Below are positions 36,490 to 46,289 of a DNA stretch of 64,000 nucleotides, one piece after another. The stretch lies in assembly GCA_964599455.1 (NCBI GenBank), contig CAZREA010000002.1, forward strand, positions 51,810 through 115,809, given 5' to 3'. The stretch's first letter is position 1. Each line of letters starts with the position of its first letter. Source of the DNA: an uncultured Gammaproteobacteria bacterium. Lineage in GTDB: Bacteria; Patescibacteriota; Patescibacteriia; UBA9934. A program made the translations under genes and the position numbers. Under the pieces are notes generated by a model. It was given only the letters and a program-made list of their open reading frames with translations, searched no databases and was not told the DNA's origin.

Positions 36490-37350
36490 TTACTTGCTTG
36501 GTGGTATTTCTTCAACATCGGGCCTGGTCGGCATAGCAAAAATAGGAGGCGGAGGTAAAGATACGTACTCATTATCGTCGTTATCATCCTGATTACTATC
36601 CCCTTTCCCAGAAGAACTATGGTCTTGAGCATCACTTAACGCATGCTTCATCGCACCTCGTACCTCATCTTCATCAGGCACCTCCTCTAAATCAGGTCCG
36701 GAAACGGGAGTAATAGCGGCATCATCACTGATATTCTCCTCGTTCAAACCTTGCAACGTTTGATCAAACTCTTCGGCTAAAGCATCAAAAAAAGCTCGGA
36801 GGAGCTCCGTATCACCCGACTGTTCACGTACATATCGCCCAATGCCATTAAAGTCTAACTGTTGAAAAACCATCAGTGCGTCAGGATCAGTATCATCTCC
36901 TTCATGAATACGAAATGCTGACTGCTGACAAATTTCCAGAATATCTTTCATTACTTGCCTTCTTTCAGAAAATGGGAGTGCTTCAAGAATTTCTCTTGCT
37001 TTTGTAGTGAGGTGGTAATGAAATTGCGACAAAAGAACGCCATCAAGTGCCTGCATCGCTTGCTCAAGATCGGCAGTATACACGTCTCGTTCCGAAAGGA
37101 TGCCCAGCAACATGCGCTCAGCGGCCTTCATGGTTTGCTCATCCCATCCATTTTTTAAAAGGGTGAGGAGCAAATGGTCTAGTCGAGCTTCGATACGCAT
37201 ATACGCTTCACGCTCGCTTCCTGACGCTTTTGCGGCAAGTTCACGAGTCTTGGCACATTCGACGGTAACTTTTGCAGAAAAGGTATCAAATTCCCTTGAT
37301 TCTTTCTGGCGCATCGACTCTGATCTGCCTGTTTCTTGAAATGGAGGCAT
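36490..37350 (-). CDS. Hypothetical protein
   Basis: 286-aa ORF, helical N-terminus and acidic disordered tail. Confidence 0.65.
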   Translation of the reverse strand: MPPFQETGRSESMRQKESREFDTFSAKVTVECAKTRELAAKASGSEREAYMRIEARLDHLLLTLLKNGWDEQTMKAAERMLLGILSERDVYTADLEQAMQALDGVLLSQFHYHLTTKAREILEALPFSERRQVMKDILEICQQSAFRIHEGDDTDPDALMVFQQLDFNGIGRYVREQSGDTELLRAFFDALAEEFDQTLQGLNEENISDDAAITPVSGPDLEEVPDEDEVRGAMKHALSDAQDHSSSGKGDSNQDDNDDNEYVSLPPPPIFAMPTRPDVEEIPPSK

Positions 37351-37461
37351 AAAAATGATTTTTTATAGCATAACAGAGAGCTGTTCAAAGAAAAATGATG
37401 CCCCTTGAAAACTCAGAGATTCACAAAATTCTTCTTTTCTGGCAGACTATGTTCGCATCCT

Positions 37462-37549
37462 GGTGGGGTGCTCGAGTGGTTTAAGAGGACAGTCTTGAAA
37501 ACTGTTGTGCTGAAAGGTACCGCGAGTTCGAATCTCGCCCCCACCGCCA
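37462..37549 (+). tRNA. tRNA-Ser(TGA)
   Basis: GGTGGGG/CCCCACC-G-CCA, anticodon loop CTTGAAA, long variable arm, TTCGAAT T loop. Confidence 0.96.
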
Positions 37550-37622
37550 AGAAAAAGTCTCGGTTTGTGCCGAGGCTTTTTCTTATTCGCAAGCTTTGCT
37601 ACAGTCCGCTGCGGAGGTGAAC

Positions 37623-38174
37623 ATGGACGATATTCTCGTCGTTGGTGTCCTGCAAGATCTTCCGGGCGCGGTGAAGATCCTGGAAGAGGGTCTCAATCGC
37701 GACGGCCCAGCGGCAAAGCGTGGTCCGCTGCGGCAGTCCGCCATCAACTCGGCGTTTCGTGGCAACGGTCGCGTAATTGCTGTGTTCCACAATGAGGTGA
37801 TCGTCGCCTGGGCACAGCTCGCAAACATCGACTTGCTCTATGGCCCGTCGTTCGTCGAGCTGTGTCGATATTGGGGCGACGATCACTACATCGCTTCGAA
37901 CATGTTCAAAGTGCTCCTGACCGAAGCCTGTCATGTAGCGCTCGATGAATGGGACGCGATCCAACTCAACTGCACGGTGTGGCAGGAAACAATCCTTCCA
38001 AGCTTCATGCACATGGGGTCGCGTATCCTCAGAGATGAAGAAGGAAAGGTGTGGTACATATGGACGGCGACTGTCGGATCGTCGCCCGTCGATGAGCAAC
38101 TCGTCTTCGACGATGAACCCAAGCTCCCCCACATCCTCGATCGCGCTCGGTGCTTCCGCTTCGTTCGCTCCTAA
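37623..38174 (+). CDS. Hypothetical protein (GC-rich island gene)
   Basis: GGAGGTG SD, ATG 37623; directly after tRNA-Ser. Confidence 0.65.
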   Translation: MDDILVVGVLQDLPGAVKILEEGLNRDGPAAKRGPLRQSAINSAFRGNGRVIAVFHNEVIVAWAQLANIDLLYGPSFVELCRYWGDDHYIASNMFKVLLTEACHVALDEWDAIQLNCTVWQETILPSFMHMGSRILRDEEGKVWYIWTATVGSSPVDEQLVFDDEPKLPHILDRARCFRFVRS

Positions 38175-38270
38175 AACCCTCTTCGCAGACCCTTCACGGG
38201 GTCTGCTTTCGTGTCTATTTCGTATTTCACTTCGAATTGAACAAACGATCTATTTTCGACCTTTCAAATG

Positions 38271-38591
38271 TCATTCTCGTTCATTTCTTTTATAATCTTC
38301 GATATATACATTCCTTAATACAGATGCAAGTTCGTCGGAATCTGTATCAACGAATGCTTTTGCTAATAATTTCATTCTTCGCTCGTGTCCTTCATCTTTC
38401 AGCGCTCGAATTCTTGTATCGAGAACCATCCGACCCTCATCAAGCTGATAAGCAGCACTTTCGCTACGCTGCATATCAGCTAGAAGAACGCGAAGTCGAC
38501 TTTTCAGATCTGCCAGGGTTCGTTTCTCTTCTTCTGAATAAACCCCGTCTAGCTCTGGTAAAACCCTGCGAATATCGTCAATGGTCAGCAT
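38271..38591 (-). CDS. Hypothetical coiled-coil protein
   Basis: ORF from ATG 38591, charged helical composition. Confidence 0.5.
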   Translation of the reverse strand: MLTIDDIRRVLPELDGVYSEEEKRTLADLKSRLRVLLADMQRSESAAYQLDEGRMVLDTRIRALKDEGHERRMKLLAKAFVDTDSDELASVLRNVYIEDYKRNERE

Positions 38592-38819
38592 AAGATAGGT
38601 TAATTTTTCTTTCCATAGAAAGAATAGAATATCTTGCATCTTCTAACAACCACCTCCTATCCATTCACCTCAAATTGCCATCCTCTCCCGATAACGTCTT
38701 CGGTGGAATTGATCTCTAGCGAGTGTCATAAAACCAATATGAACGGCTCGTGCAGTCGTTTTTATGTTACAGTACTTTTGAAAATCTGATCATAACATGC
38801 ATCAATCTTGAACCCCTCT

Positions 38820-39287
38820 ATGTCACCACGCGTACTATCTGCCGCAGTCAAAAACATGTTCGTACTTCTGGAAGAATTGAACGATCTTGACCGCACGCTA
38901 GGTGATCGCGAAATCTTTCTTGAAGACTTACAAGATCCAACCTTGGAACAAGAAAATCTTGAAAAGGCACGTCAAGAAAAGCTCCGAACAATTCAGGAGC
39001 TAAGCGAACTTGTGAAGGGTGAGAGACTCGAAGTACTGAATCGTATGAAAGACGTGCAGCAAGCGCTTCTTGCGCATTGGGATGCTCTCTCTCCCGAAGA
39101 ACGCGGCGAATTTCATCATGAACTTACCCGACAACACGAGGTGGGTAAGTTCGCTTTTCTTGGAGAGAATCCTCTTTCCAGTTTTGCGAGTAAAATTGAG
39201 TTATGGCGCTTTCGTCAACGACGTGAAGCTGAGGAGGAATTAAAACGAGAACCTCCTCTGCGTGGCGCAAGGGAATATGTAAACTAA
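38820..39287 (+). CDS. Hypothetical coiled-coil protein
   Basis: ORF from ATG 38820, E/L/R-rich. Confidence 0.6.
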   Translation: MSPRVLSAAVKNMFVLLEELNDLDRTLGDREIFLEDLQDPTLEQENLEKARQEKLRTIQELSELVKGERLEVLNRMKDVQQALLAHWDALSPEERGEFHHELTRQHEVGKFAFLGENPLSSFASKIELWRFRQRREAEEELKREPPLRGAREYVN

Positions 39288-39304
39288 AAATATCTATCGC
39301 AATT

Positions 39305-40603
39305 ATGCCTTCCCTCGCTACGGCTCCCAATCCTTGGCCTTTGCTCATTTGTATCGTCGGTCTTCTGTTCATTGCCGGTATCGCCTTTACGGCCGTATGT
39401 CTTTTGCAATTTATCAAGAGAAATCCTCATCTGAAAAAAATCGTCACCGTCATAACCCTCATCATTGCAATTGGTTTTGTGATCATGTTCGGATTGTCAC
39501 GTATCACAAAGACGAGTCAGGTTGTGGTTGTTGATGCAACCTGCAATATTCCCGGAGCAGATACGTTTACCAGGATTTTTCCAGGAAAGGTATGGATGAA
39601 AGATGTAACGAGTGGTGATATTTTTCCCTTGCGCTTCCCTACTGCAGGACCGGAAGGGAGTCGCATGAAAATTTTTGATCACGATGGAAAGCAAGTTAAT
39701 ACGTGGCACAGCTATACGTTTTGCGATCCCGATGCGCCATTTCCCGAGCAAGTCAAAGATATTTTTGATGCATCGCAACCGATCACCGTTACCTATAATC
39801 GTCTCGGCATTATCCGCTCTTGGCAACTAATCGAAGTAGTATCTCCCGATGCACTCGATGGAGAGATGAGCAATGGTCTTCCGGATTGGGTTGAAGGAAG
39901 TATGTCATTCAATGAATACACCGATCTCACCATCGATCTGAATGGCGATGATCGCAAGGAAAAGGTGACGCTTACTCTACACCCTGCAACGTCCGATGAT
40001 GAAGAATCGACCACTCTGACGATTGATAATCAAACGGTAAAAATTCCTGGAAGAAATCCCCAAGGCTATTTTGGTGTTGTCGATTTTGATACCAACGATC
40101 TCACGAAAGAAATCGCGGTGAGTGATCCTGGTCCAAGCGGCGACTATACGACGACATTTTATCGCTACGATGGTCAACGAATCATCGCGCTCGGAACAAT
40201 TTCTGGACTCTACGAAGCGATGCGTTTTGATGGAGAAGGCAAACTCACCACAAGCACCCGAGCACACATCTTGGATACTTGGTTCTATGACGACGAATAC
40301 GTACTCTCAAACAATGTTCTCGTGCGGCAAGAAAAAGAATTTTATGCACGCGTCAATCATCAGAATCCAGTAACGGTTTTATCATCCATAACCTTGCGTC
40401 TTTCGCCACTTGAAGATCAGACTATTTTCACCGTTGAGCCGGGAGAAGTCGTGATCATCACGGGATGCGATGACATCGAGTGGTGCGCACTCATAAACGA
40501 TAAAGGCATGCAGGGATGGTTTTCACTCAAACAATATGGACTCGTAGGAGAAGATGCGGTTTCAGCAGATACGCTTTTTAATGGCTTGTCGTGGGCGGAT
40601 TAA
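39305..40603 (+). CDS. Membrane-anchored extracellular protein, possible C-terminal SH3-like domain
   Basis: Two N-terminal TMs, DLNGDD Ca-loop-like motif, GEVVII...WC....GMQGWF. Confidence 0.65.
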   Translation: MPSLATAPNPWPLLICIVGLLFIAGIAFTAVCLLQFIKRNPHLKKIVTVITLIIAIGFVIMFGLSRITKTSQVVVVDATCNIPGADTFTRIFPGKVWMKDVTSGDIFPLRFPTAGPEGSRMKIFDHDGKQVNTWHSYTFCDPDAPFPEQVKDIFDASQPITVTYNRLGIIRSWQLIEVVSPDALDGEMSNGLPDWVEGSMSFNEYTDLTIDLNGDDRKEKVTLTLHPATSDDEESTTLTIDNQTVKIPGRNPQGYFGVVDFDTNDLTKEIAVSDPGPSGDYTTTFYRYDGQRIIALGTISGLYEAMRFDGEGKLTTSTRAHILDTWFYDDEYVLSNNVLVRQEKEFYARVNHQNPVTVLSSITLRLSPLEDQTIFTVEPGEVVIITGCDDIEWCALINDKGMQGWFSLKQYGLVGEDAVSADTLFNGLSWAD

Positions 40604-40605
40604 CT

Positions 40606-41514
40606 ATGGAGCTTCCCTCTCAGATAAAAAATCTCTATTGCCATTGGGATCATCATACCGGAGGTGTGCATGAGACTCGAGAGAAGAGCTCTATACTCAT
40701 TCCCGACGAGCTCAAATGGTTCATTCATGAACGACTCGACATCTGGAAAAAGAAAACAGATAGCGAAGCGCCGCCGTATACAACCGATCCAATTTTATCC
40801 AAGTATCGTTTTTGTAATATCTTTCGCGAGTTTGATCGACAGACCATTGAGTTTCATACGCTTCTCAATCCTATTCGAGATAACTTTCCGCTCTGGCTTT
40901 TGAACATGTTTTATTGTCGGATGGTGGCACGAACTTCAACCATTAAACAGGTGGGGTTGTTGTCATTTGATGAAAAGATAAACGCGATTCGGTTGCAAAA
41001 ACTGCTCAACTCACCACGACCACGGTTCGGGACCCCGTACGTTTTCCCTATCAGTGTCATTCAAAAGAGTTCAACACCAACACGCGAGCTTTTTATTACT
41101 TCGTACTTGCCAAAAATCATATCTGCAATTGCTAACGAGATTCAAACCTGGAAAAAGATGTCGGTATACGATGGCGTTGCTCGCATCTTGCCCTTATTCG
41201 GATTCAATCTGCATTTCTTGTGGACCGAAGTGCTTATCGACGTCGCTTACCAATATCCGGAACACATTGATCTCTTTGCGCGTTTCCCGGTCGGACCTGG
41301 AGCACTGCCAACATTCCGTAGACTTGCTCCGCATCAAGATCCGAGTCTGCTTGCATCCGAACTCGCTTGCATACCCCTCGACACCAACATTACTATCAAT
41401 GGCAAACCCTTACGATTATCCGCAGAAAATTGGGAAGGTATCGGCTGCGAGTTTCGGAAATATACGAATCTCAAGCAAGGGAAAGGAAGAAAGAGGGTTT
41501 ATCAAAAAGAATAA
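40606..41514 (+). CDS. alpha-glutamyl/putrescinyl-thymine pyrophosphorylase-like (5-hmdU DNA modification, helical domain) protein
   Basis: FIHERLDIWKKK...PPYTTDPILSKYRFCNIFREFDR, GPGA, CEFRKY. Confidence 0.75.
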   Translation: MELPSQIKNLYCHWDHHTGGVHETREKSSILIPDELKWFIHERLDIWKKKTDSEAPPYTTDPILSKYRFCNIFREFDRQTIEFHTLLNPIRDNFPLWLLNMFYCRMVARTSTIKQVGLLSFDEKINAIRLQKLLNSPRPRFGTPYVFPISVIQKSSTPTRELFITSYLPKIISAIANEIQTWKKMSVYDGVARILPLFGFNLHFLWTEVLIDVAYQYPEHIDLFARFPVGPGALPTFRRLAPHQDPSLLASELACIPLDTNITINGKPLRLSAENWEGIGCEFRKYTNLKQGKGRKRVYQKE

Positions 41515-41517
41515 TGT

Positions 41518-42195
41518 ATGTCTATAAAAACAAGAAAGATCGGCTTAATCATCTTTGACTGTGATGGGGTGTTGGTAGATAGCGAAAGAATTACCAACGA
41601 AGTGTTTTGTGAAATGCTCAACGAATTAGGCGCATCAGTGGATATACACTATATGTTCGATCATTTTGTTGGGAATTCCATGTCGCAATGTTTGGAAAAG
41701 ATTGAAGCCCTATTAGGCCGCCCTCCTTCCGATAACTTCGTTAATGAATATAAAGAAAGAACGCAAATCGCTCTTTCGGAAAAATTACAGCCCGTGCCTG
41801 GAATCAAATCTGTATTAGAAAGATTATCTATTCCCTTTTGTATTGCTTCAAGTGGAGATCATGAAAAAATTAAATATACACTCAGTCATACGGGACTTTA
41901 TGAAAAATTTATCGGTCATATTTTTAGCGTAACTGATATTGAGAGAAGCAAACCTTATCCGGATGTTTATCTTTTCGCCGCAAAACAAATGGGCTATGCA
42001 CCGGAAGAATGCCTGGTCGTTGAAGATACTCCGCTTGGCGTACAGGCGGGTGTTGCAGCAGGAATGACGGTTTTTGGTTTTTCGAAAGATATGGCTGAGA
42101 ATAAATTGCTGGAGGCGGGAGCGCATCATACATTTCATACGATGAACGATTTCATAAGCGAGATGTGTGACTTTTTTGAAGAAAAAGTCTCCTAA
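41518..42195 (+). CDS. HAD-superfamily phosphatase
   Basis: FDCDGVLVDSE, ASS, KPYPD, VEDTPLGV. Confidence 0.93.
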   Translation: MSIKTRKIGLIIFDCDGVLVDSERITNEVFCEMLNELGASVDIHYMFDHFVGNSMSQCLEKIEALLGRPPSDNFVNEYKERTQIALSEKLQPVPGIKSVLERLSIPFCIASSGDHEKIKYTLSHTGLYEKFIGHIFSVTDIERSKPYPDVYLFAAKQMGYAPEECLVVEDTPLGVQAGVAAGMTVFGFSKDMAENKLLEAGAHHTFHTMNDFISEMCDFFEEKVS

Positions 42196-42255
42196 TGCTA
42201 CAGTGATGTGTGCATATACTTTTCCTCATACTTTTCATGATTTAAACCAACATTT

Positions 42256-43089
42256 ATGCGAATCTCTTCCCTTTTCGCGCTTGGCGCCTTGTTACTCTCG
42301 TTCGCACCAATGCATACAGTCCACGCAGCGGGTTCGGTCGGTGCTGGTGATCTTATTCGTGGTGAAACTTTTTCAGCCGTGTACTACATGGGTGAAGATG
42401 GATTCCGTTACGTATTTCCAAATGAGAAAACCTACAAAACCTGGTACGCTGATGAAGACGGAAATGCGGACTTTTCGAGCGTTACAACCATCTCAGATGC
42501 CGAGCTTGCCAAAATCCAAATCGGCGGCAACGTCACCTATCGTCCTCAATCAAGAATGGTAAAAATTAACACCGATCCAAAAGTCTACACCGTTGCCGAA
42601 GGTGGAGTTTTACGCTGGATAAGTACAGAGATGATCGCTGAAGAGGTGTATGGCTCATCGTGGAATATGAAAATTGATGATGTTCCAGACGGCTTTTTCG
42701 CGAATTACTCAATTGGAGAACCGATTGAAGAAGCGGAAGATATTGGAGAAAAGATTTGTTTCGACAATACTGAGCCATGCGAATATACGATTAGCGATGA
42801 CAAGGGATTAACTGCATACCTCAGCATCTGGATAGATACAGAAGGATATGCGCTGGGTGGTACAAGTTATGACGGTGATACCACGTTTACCATTGATGCC
42901 GGTGAAACTGTTCGATTCTGGAACGTTGATGACGACATGAACCACACGGCTACCGCAGATGATAGCTCATGGGGAACCGGGACACTGGAGTTCGATGAAA
43001 AATTCGTCAAACGCTTCAACGAACCGGGTACTTACGAATTCTATTGCAGCTATCACCCCGAAATGACCGGAACGATCATTGTGGAGTAA
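42256..43089 (+). CDS. Secreted protein with surface repeats and a C-terminal cupredoxin domain
   Basis: Signal peptide; GDLIRG..AVYY..RYVFPNE repeats; HTAT...YCSYHPEM type-1 copper ligands. Confidence 0.8.
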   Translation: MRISSLFALGALLLSFAPMHTVHAAGSVGAGDLIRGETFSAVYYMGEDGFRYVFPNEKTYKTWYADEDGNADFSSVTTISDAELAKIQIGGNVTYRPQSRMVKINTDPKVYTVAEGGVLRWISTEMIAEEVYGSSWNMKIDDVPDGFFANYSIGEPIEEAEDIGEKICFDNTEPCEYTISDDKGLTAYLSIWIDTEGYALGGTSYDGDTTFTIDAGETVRFWNVDDDMNHTATADDSSWGTGTLEFDEKFVKRFNEPGTYEFYCSYHPEMTGTIIVE

Positions 43090-43094
43090 AAAAT

Positions 43095-43126
43095 GCAAAA
43101 GCGATCCTTCGATGGATCGCTTTTGC
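43095..43126 (+). terminator. Intrinsic terminator
   Basis: GCAAAAGCGATCC-TTCGAT-GGATCGCTTTTGC. Confidence 0.7.
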
Positions 43127-43175
43127 GTTCATTGACAATTAACTCCTTTTTTCATTACCATACCTGAGCAATTTT

Positions 43176-43265
43176 GGAGAGGTGGCCGAGTGGTCGAAGG
43201 CACCACATTGCTAACGTGGCAAGGGGTAAAACCCTTCGGAGGTTCGAATCCTCTCCTCTCCGCCA
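43176..43265 (+). tRNA. tRNA-Ser(GCT)
   Basis: GGAGAGG/CCTCTCC-G-CCA, loop TTGCTAA, long variable arm; TTGACA-18-TACCAT promoter upstream. Confidence 0.95.
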
Positions 43266-43312
43266 TCCCCGGTCGCCCTTCCTCACGTCAGGGCTATGGG
43301 GGATGTCTTTCT

Positions 43313-43687
43313 ATGAACCACCAAGAAGCAGAACAACTTATTCGCATATATGGCGAAGCGTGGATGGAACGTGATGTAGAAAAAATTCTCCACGTTTTTA
43401 CTTCAGACGCCACGTATTTTGATCCGCGCGAAGGTACGCAGGTTGGCCATGAGGGCATTCGCAACTACTGGAATTTTAAAGTTCTAAATAATCAGAAAGA
43501 TATACATTTCACCCTTCTTCATATTTGGATTGATGGCGATACCGTTATCGCGGAATGGAATGCCACTTTTATCGACATTTCCCGCTCGCTGCATATCGAC
43601 ATGACTGAAGTTGCCATTTTTGGCGTGCGTGATAATAAATTCTCTTCCCTTCGCGAATACTATACAAATATAAAAACACCTCTTTAA
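43313..43687 (+). CDS. SnoaL/NTF2-like protein
   Basis: YGEAW..DVEKILHVFTSDATY...GHEGIRNYW...LREYY. Confidence 0.85.
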   Translation: MNHQEAEQLIRIYGEAWMERDVEKILHVFTSDATYFDPREGTQVGHEGIRNYWNFKVLNNQKDIHFTLLHIWIDGDTVIAEWNATFIDISRSLHIDMTEVAIFGVRDNKFSSLREYYTNIKTPL

Positions 43688-43764
43688 ACAGAAGTCGAGC
43701 TAAGAAAAAATAAGACCAAAAAACGGCCCTGAAAGAGGACCGTTTTTTTGACTGTGTGGTAAGG

Positions 43765-44784
43765 TTATCGTTTTGGTTCCGCGTAGATAATCATATATGT
43801 TCCGTCTTCCGTAACCGTAATTCCTGGATCGCCTCCGCCTTGAATATTCGTGGCAACGGGATCGGTCCATACTTTACCATCCGTCGTACTGCTGTAGCCG
43901 ATATAGCCATTATAGCTTCCATAAAAACGAATGGTACCGTCATCATTGACCATATTTCCTACCCAATACATTTCTGATGATCGGTTACTTGTCACCTCGG
44001 TAAAGTTTTTTCCGTCGGTGGAGATCGCGTCGAACGCCTTGCCGTTTTCTTTGGCACGAGCCGCAAGCATATACCAAGTATCACCTACCCGTACTTCTGA
44101 TCCATCAACCACACTTGATTGTGTAGAGATGAAACGTTTTCCTTCTTCATAAACATAATTGATACCATCATCAGAAATGGCGGAGCCGTAGTAAAACGTT
44201 TTCCCCATACCCAACTCGTGTGTCGTAAAGAAGAGACGATATTTTCCATCGGCCGTGGTGGTGATTGTGGGATCGTAGGGAGATTGAATGCTGGGAAAAT
44301 CTTTAATGTGGATAGGTTCGATTGCCGATGCGACTCCGTCTTTGATAATCCGCGCCGCAACCTGTCCATAACATTCACCGCTGTCTTCACCAAACCACTG
44401 AAAAACAGCAACTGTCGTTCCATCTGCTGCAGTTGTGACGCTCGGAACACCTCCACCTTCAACAAAAACCTCAGGAGAACCGAATGTTTTTCCATCGGCA
44501 CTCGTTGCTTTATAGAGCGTTATTTCTGACCATGTAAGATCTTCACCTTGTGGTTTAAATGTTTGGAGATTTTGGTTACATGTTGGCCATTCGTCAGAAG
44601 TATCTTTTGTATCCTTTTCATCATCTGGAGTTTTTGCCACTTTTTGTGCATCATCGGTTGTCGCATTGATACTTGCAACCTCTGATTCTTGGTCGCTAAA
44701 GTATTTATATCCTTGCACGGACGCTACGCTTGCTGTTCCTGCAAAAGCAAGAATAAGCAGAGGGGTAAGATACTTTGTATTCAT
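43765..44784 (-). CDS. Secreted beta-propeller protein (glycosidase/sialidase-like Asp boxes)
   Basis: Repeats SADGKTF, SDDGINY, STDGKNF, TTDGKVW; DP motifs; N-terminal signal. Confidence 0.7.
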   Translation of the reverse strand: MNTKYLTPLLILAFAGTASVASVQGYKYFSDQESEVASINATTDDAQKVAKTPDDEKDTKDTSDEWPTCNQNLQTFKPQGEDLTWSEITLYKATSADGKTFGSPEVFVEGGGVPSVTTAADGTTVAVFQWFGEDSGECYGQVAARIIKDGVASAIEPIHIKDFPSIQSPYDPTITTTADGKYRLFFTTHELGMGKTFYYGSAISDDGINYVYEEGKRFISTQSSVVDGSEVRVGDTWYMLAARAKENGKAFDAISTDGKNFTEVTSNRSSEMYWVGNMVNDDGTIRFYGSYNGYIGYSSTTDGKVWTDPVATNIQGGGDPGITVTEDGTYMIIYAEPKR

Positions 44785-44858
44785 AGAATACATCCAGTAT
44801 AACATTATTTTCATCATCCATACCATCGGGATTGAAACATGTTATACTTTCTTCAGCT

Positions 44859-45380
44859 ATGGAGGCAGTTGATCAACAAGGAATTCCTCAGGATCCCGAT
44901 GCCATTGATGCGGGTGATATTTTGTTATGGTGGAAAAGCTGGGAATATCCGCCCGTTGAACGGCCGACCAAGTGGTATGCCGTTGCTGCGGGTATTGGCT
45001 TGGGGTGTTTACTTTATGCCATGATGACGGCGAATTTTGTATTTGCACTCATTGTTATTATGTTTGCCGCCATTGTCATGGTTCGCGACATGCGTAAACC
45101 TCAAAAAACCACAACCTATATTACAAGTGAGGGAGTCGTCTTTAATGAGCAACTCTATCGATTTAAAGATATTCAGGATTTTTCCATTGTCTACGAACCA
45201 CCGGAAGTAAAAAATCTCTATCTTTCTTTTAACCGCGCCTTTCGTCCTGTGCTTTCCATTCCCTTAGAAGAAGCCAATCCTAACATCGTTCGCGCTTCCC
45301 TTTTACCGTTTATCTACGAGAATCTTGCACGCGAAAGCGAAAGCTTGACGGATACCCTCCGCCGCGTGTATAAATTGTAG
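44859..45380 (+). CDS. Conserved hypothetical membrane protein
   Basis: W...EY...R..KWY, two TMs, soluble C-terminal domain. Confidence 0.7.
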   Translation: MEAVDQQGIPQDPDAIDAGDILLWWKSWEYPPVERPTKWYAVAAGIGLGCLLYAMMTANFVFALIVIMFAAIVMVRDMRKPQKTTTYITSEGVVFNEQLYRFKDIQDFSIVYEPPEVKNLYLSFNRAFRPVLSIPLEEANPNIVRASLLPFIYENLARESESLTDTLRRVYKL

Positions 45381-45426
45381 CGTTGTTTGGCCATTTTCTT
45401 CGTTTTTAGAGAAAGAAAATGGCGAG

Positions 45427-45550
45427 CGAAACGTTGTCATTTGGAGATAGTTTTTGTCCGAAGAGCGAGGACCGGCGAGGCGTACTACCCATGTACGGTG
45501 AGCCGGCCGCAGCGATGAGGGCAAAAAATAGCCCAAATGCCGACGTTTCG
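45427..45550. repeat. ~125-nt structured repeat, copy 1
   Basis: Closely matches 62243-62368 with compensatory stem changes; terminal inverted repeats. Confidence 0.85.
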
Positions 45551-45555
45551 ATAAT

Positions 45556-45632
45556 GCGCTCGTAGCTCAGTTGGATAGAGCATCAGCTTGCGGAGCTGAG
45601 GGTCGCACGTTCGAGTCGTGCCGAGCGCACCA
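45556..45632 (+). tRNA. tRNA-Arg(GCG)
   Basis: GCGCTCG/CGAGCGC-A-CCA, TCAGC-TTGCGGA-GCTGA anticodon arm. Confidence 0.95.
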
Positions 45633-45719
45633 GCTCTCTTGATTGTACATAGGTAGAATCCAGGGAAAGAAAAAAGACTCCTGTTCGGGGGTCTTTTTGT
45701 TTGTCGCCACTTTCAGAGA

Positions 45720-46223
45720 TCAAATCATCTCGGTCATTTTAATCTTTTCGACGAGTGCTTCAGCTTCGAGGCGTACCTTAAAAGCATCCCTTATCCCAGC
45801 ATCATAAGTGGTGTGATGCGGGCGAACGACTTTTTCGAAAGAGACGCCTTGTTTCTCCAAGGTGCCAGCAAGTTCCTCTACCGACGTCTGGGTGGGATAG
45901 ATTTCAATATGGTCAAATCCGGAAATCTGACTCCCATCAGGTTTTTGATCGGCAAGTTCAAGATGCGTGATGTCTCCGAGTACAGTTGCTAAGACATGAG
46001 GAAAACGAATAATCGCAATTCGACGTGCCGAGATAATGGATTGATAGACAAAAACGCTCTCTTTCTCAAATAGCGCACGAATGTGCTCGAATTCTGCCGC
46101 ATCGCCACATTTATAACACAGATGATCGGCGTGGGCAGCGGGATGATGCGTCGTGGCCCAGGCATTGAATGCTGCGAGAAAGGGTTCAGCGTCGCGGAAA
46201 AATGTTTGCAAATTGGGATACAT
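45720..46223 (-). CDS. YecM-like VOC family protein
   Basis: ADHLCYK, ISARRIAII, LELAD, GFDHIE. Confidence 0.75.
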   Translation of the reverse strand: MYPNLQTFFRDAEPFLAAFNAWATTHHPAAHADHLCYKCGDAAEFEHIRALFEKESVFVYQSIISARRIAIIRFPHVLATVLGDITHLELADQKPDGSQISGFDHIEIYPTQTSVEELAGTLEKQGVSFEKVVRPHHTTYDAGIRDAFKVRLEAEALVEKIKMTEMI

Positions 46224-46289
46224 ATTGATGCGATATTTTATGTATGTTCGTTTCGGGCGAGAATGGGGTTTGGCAACGCCAAACCTCTA

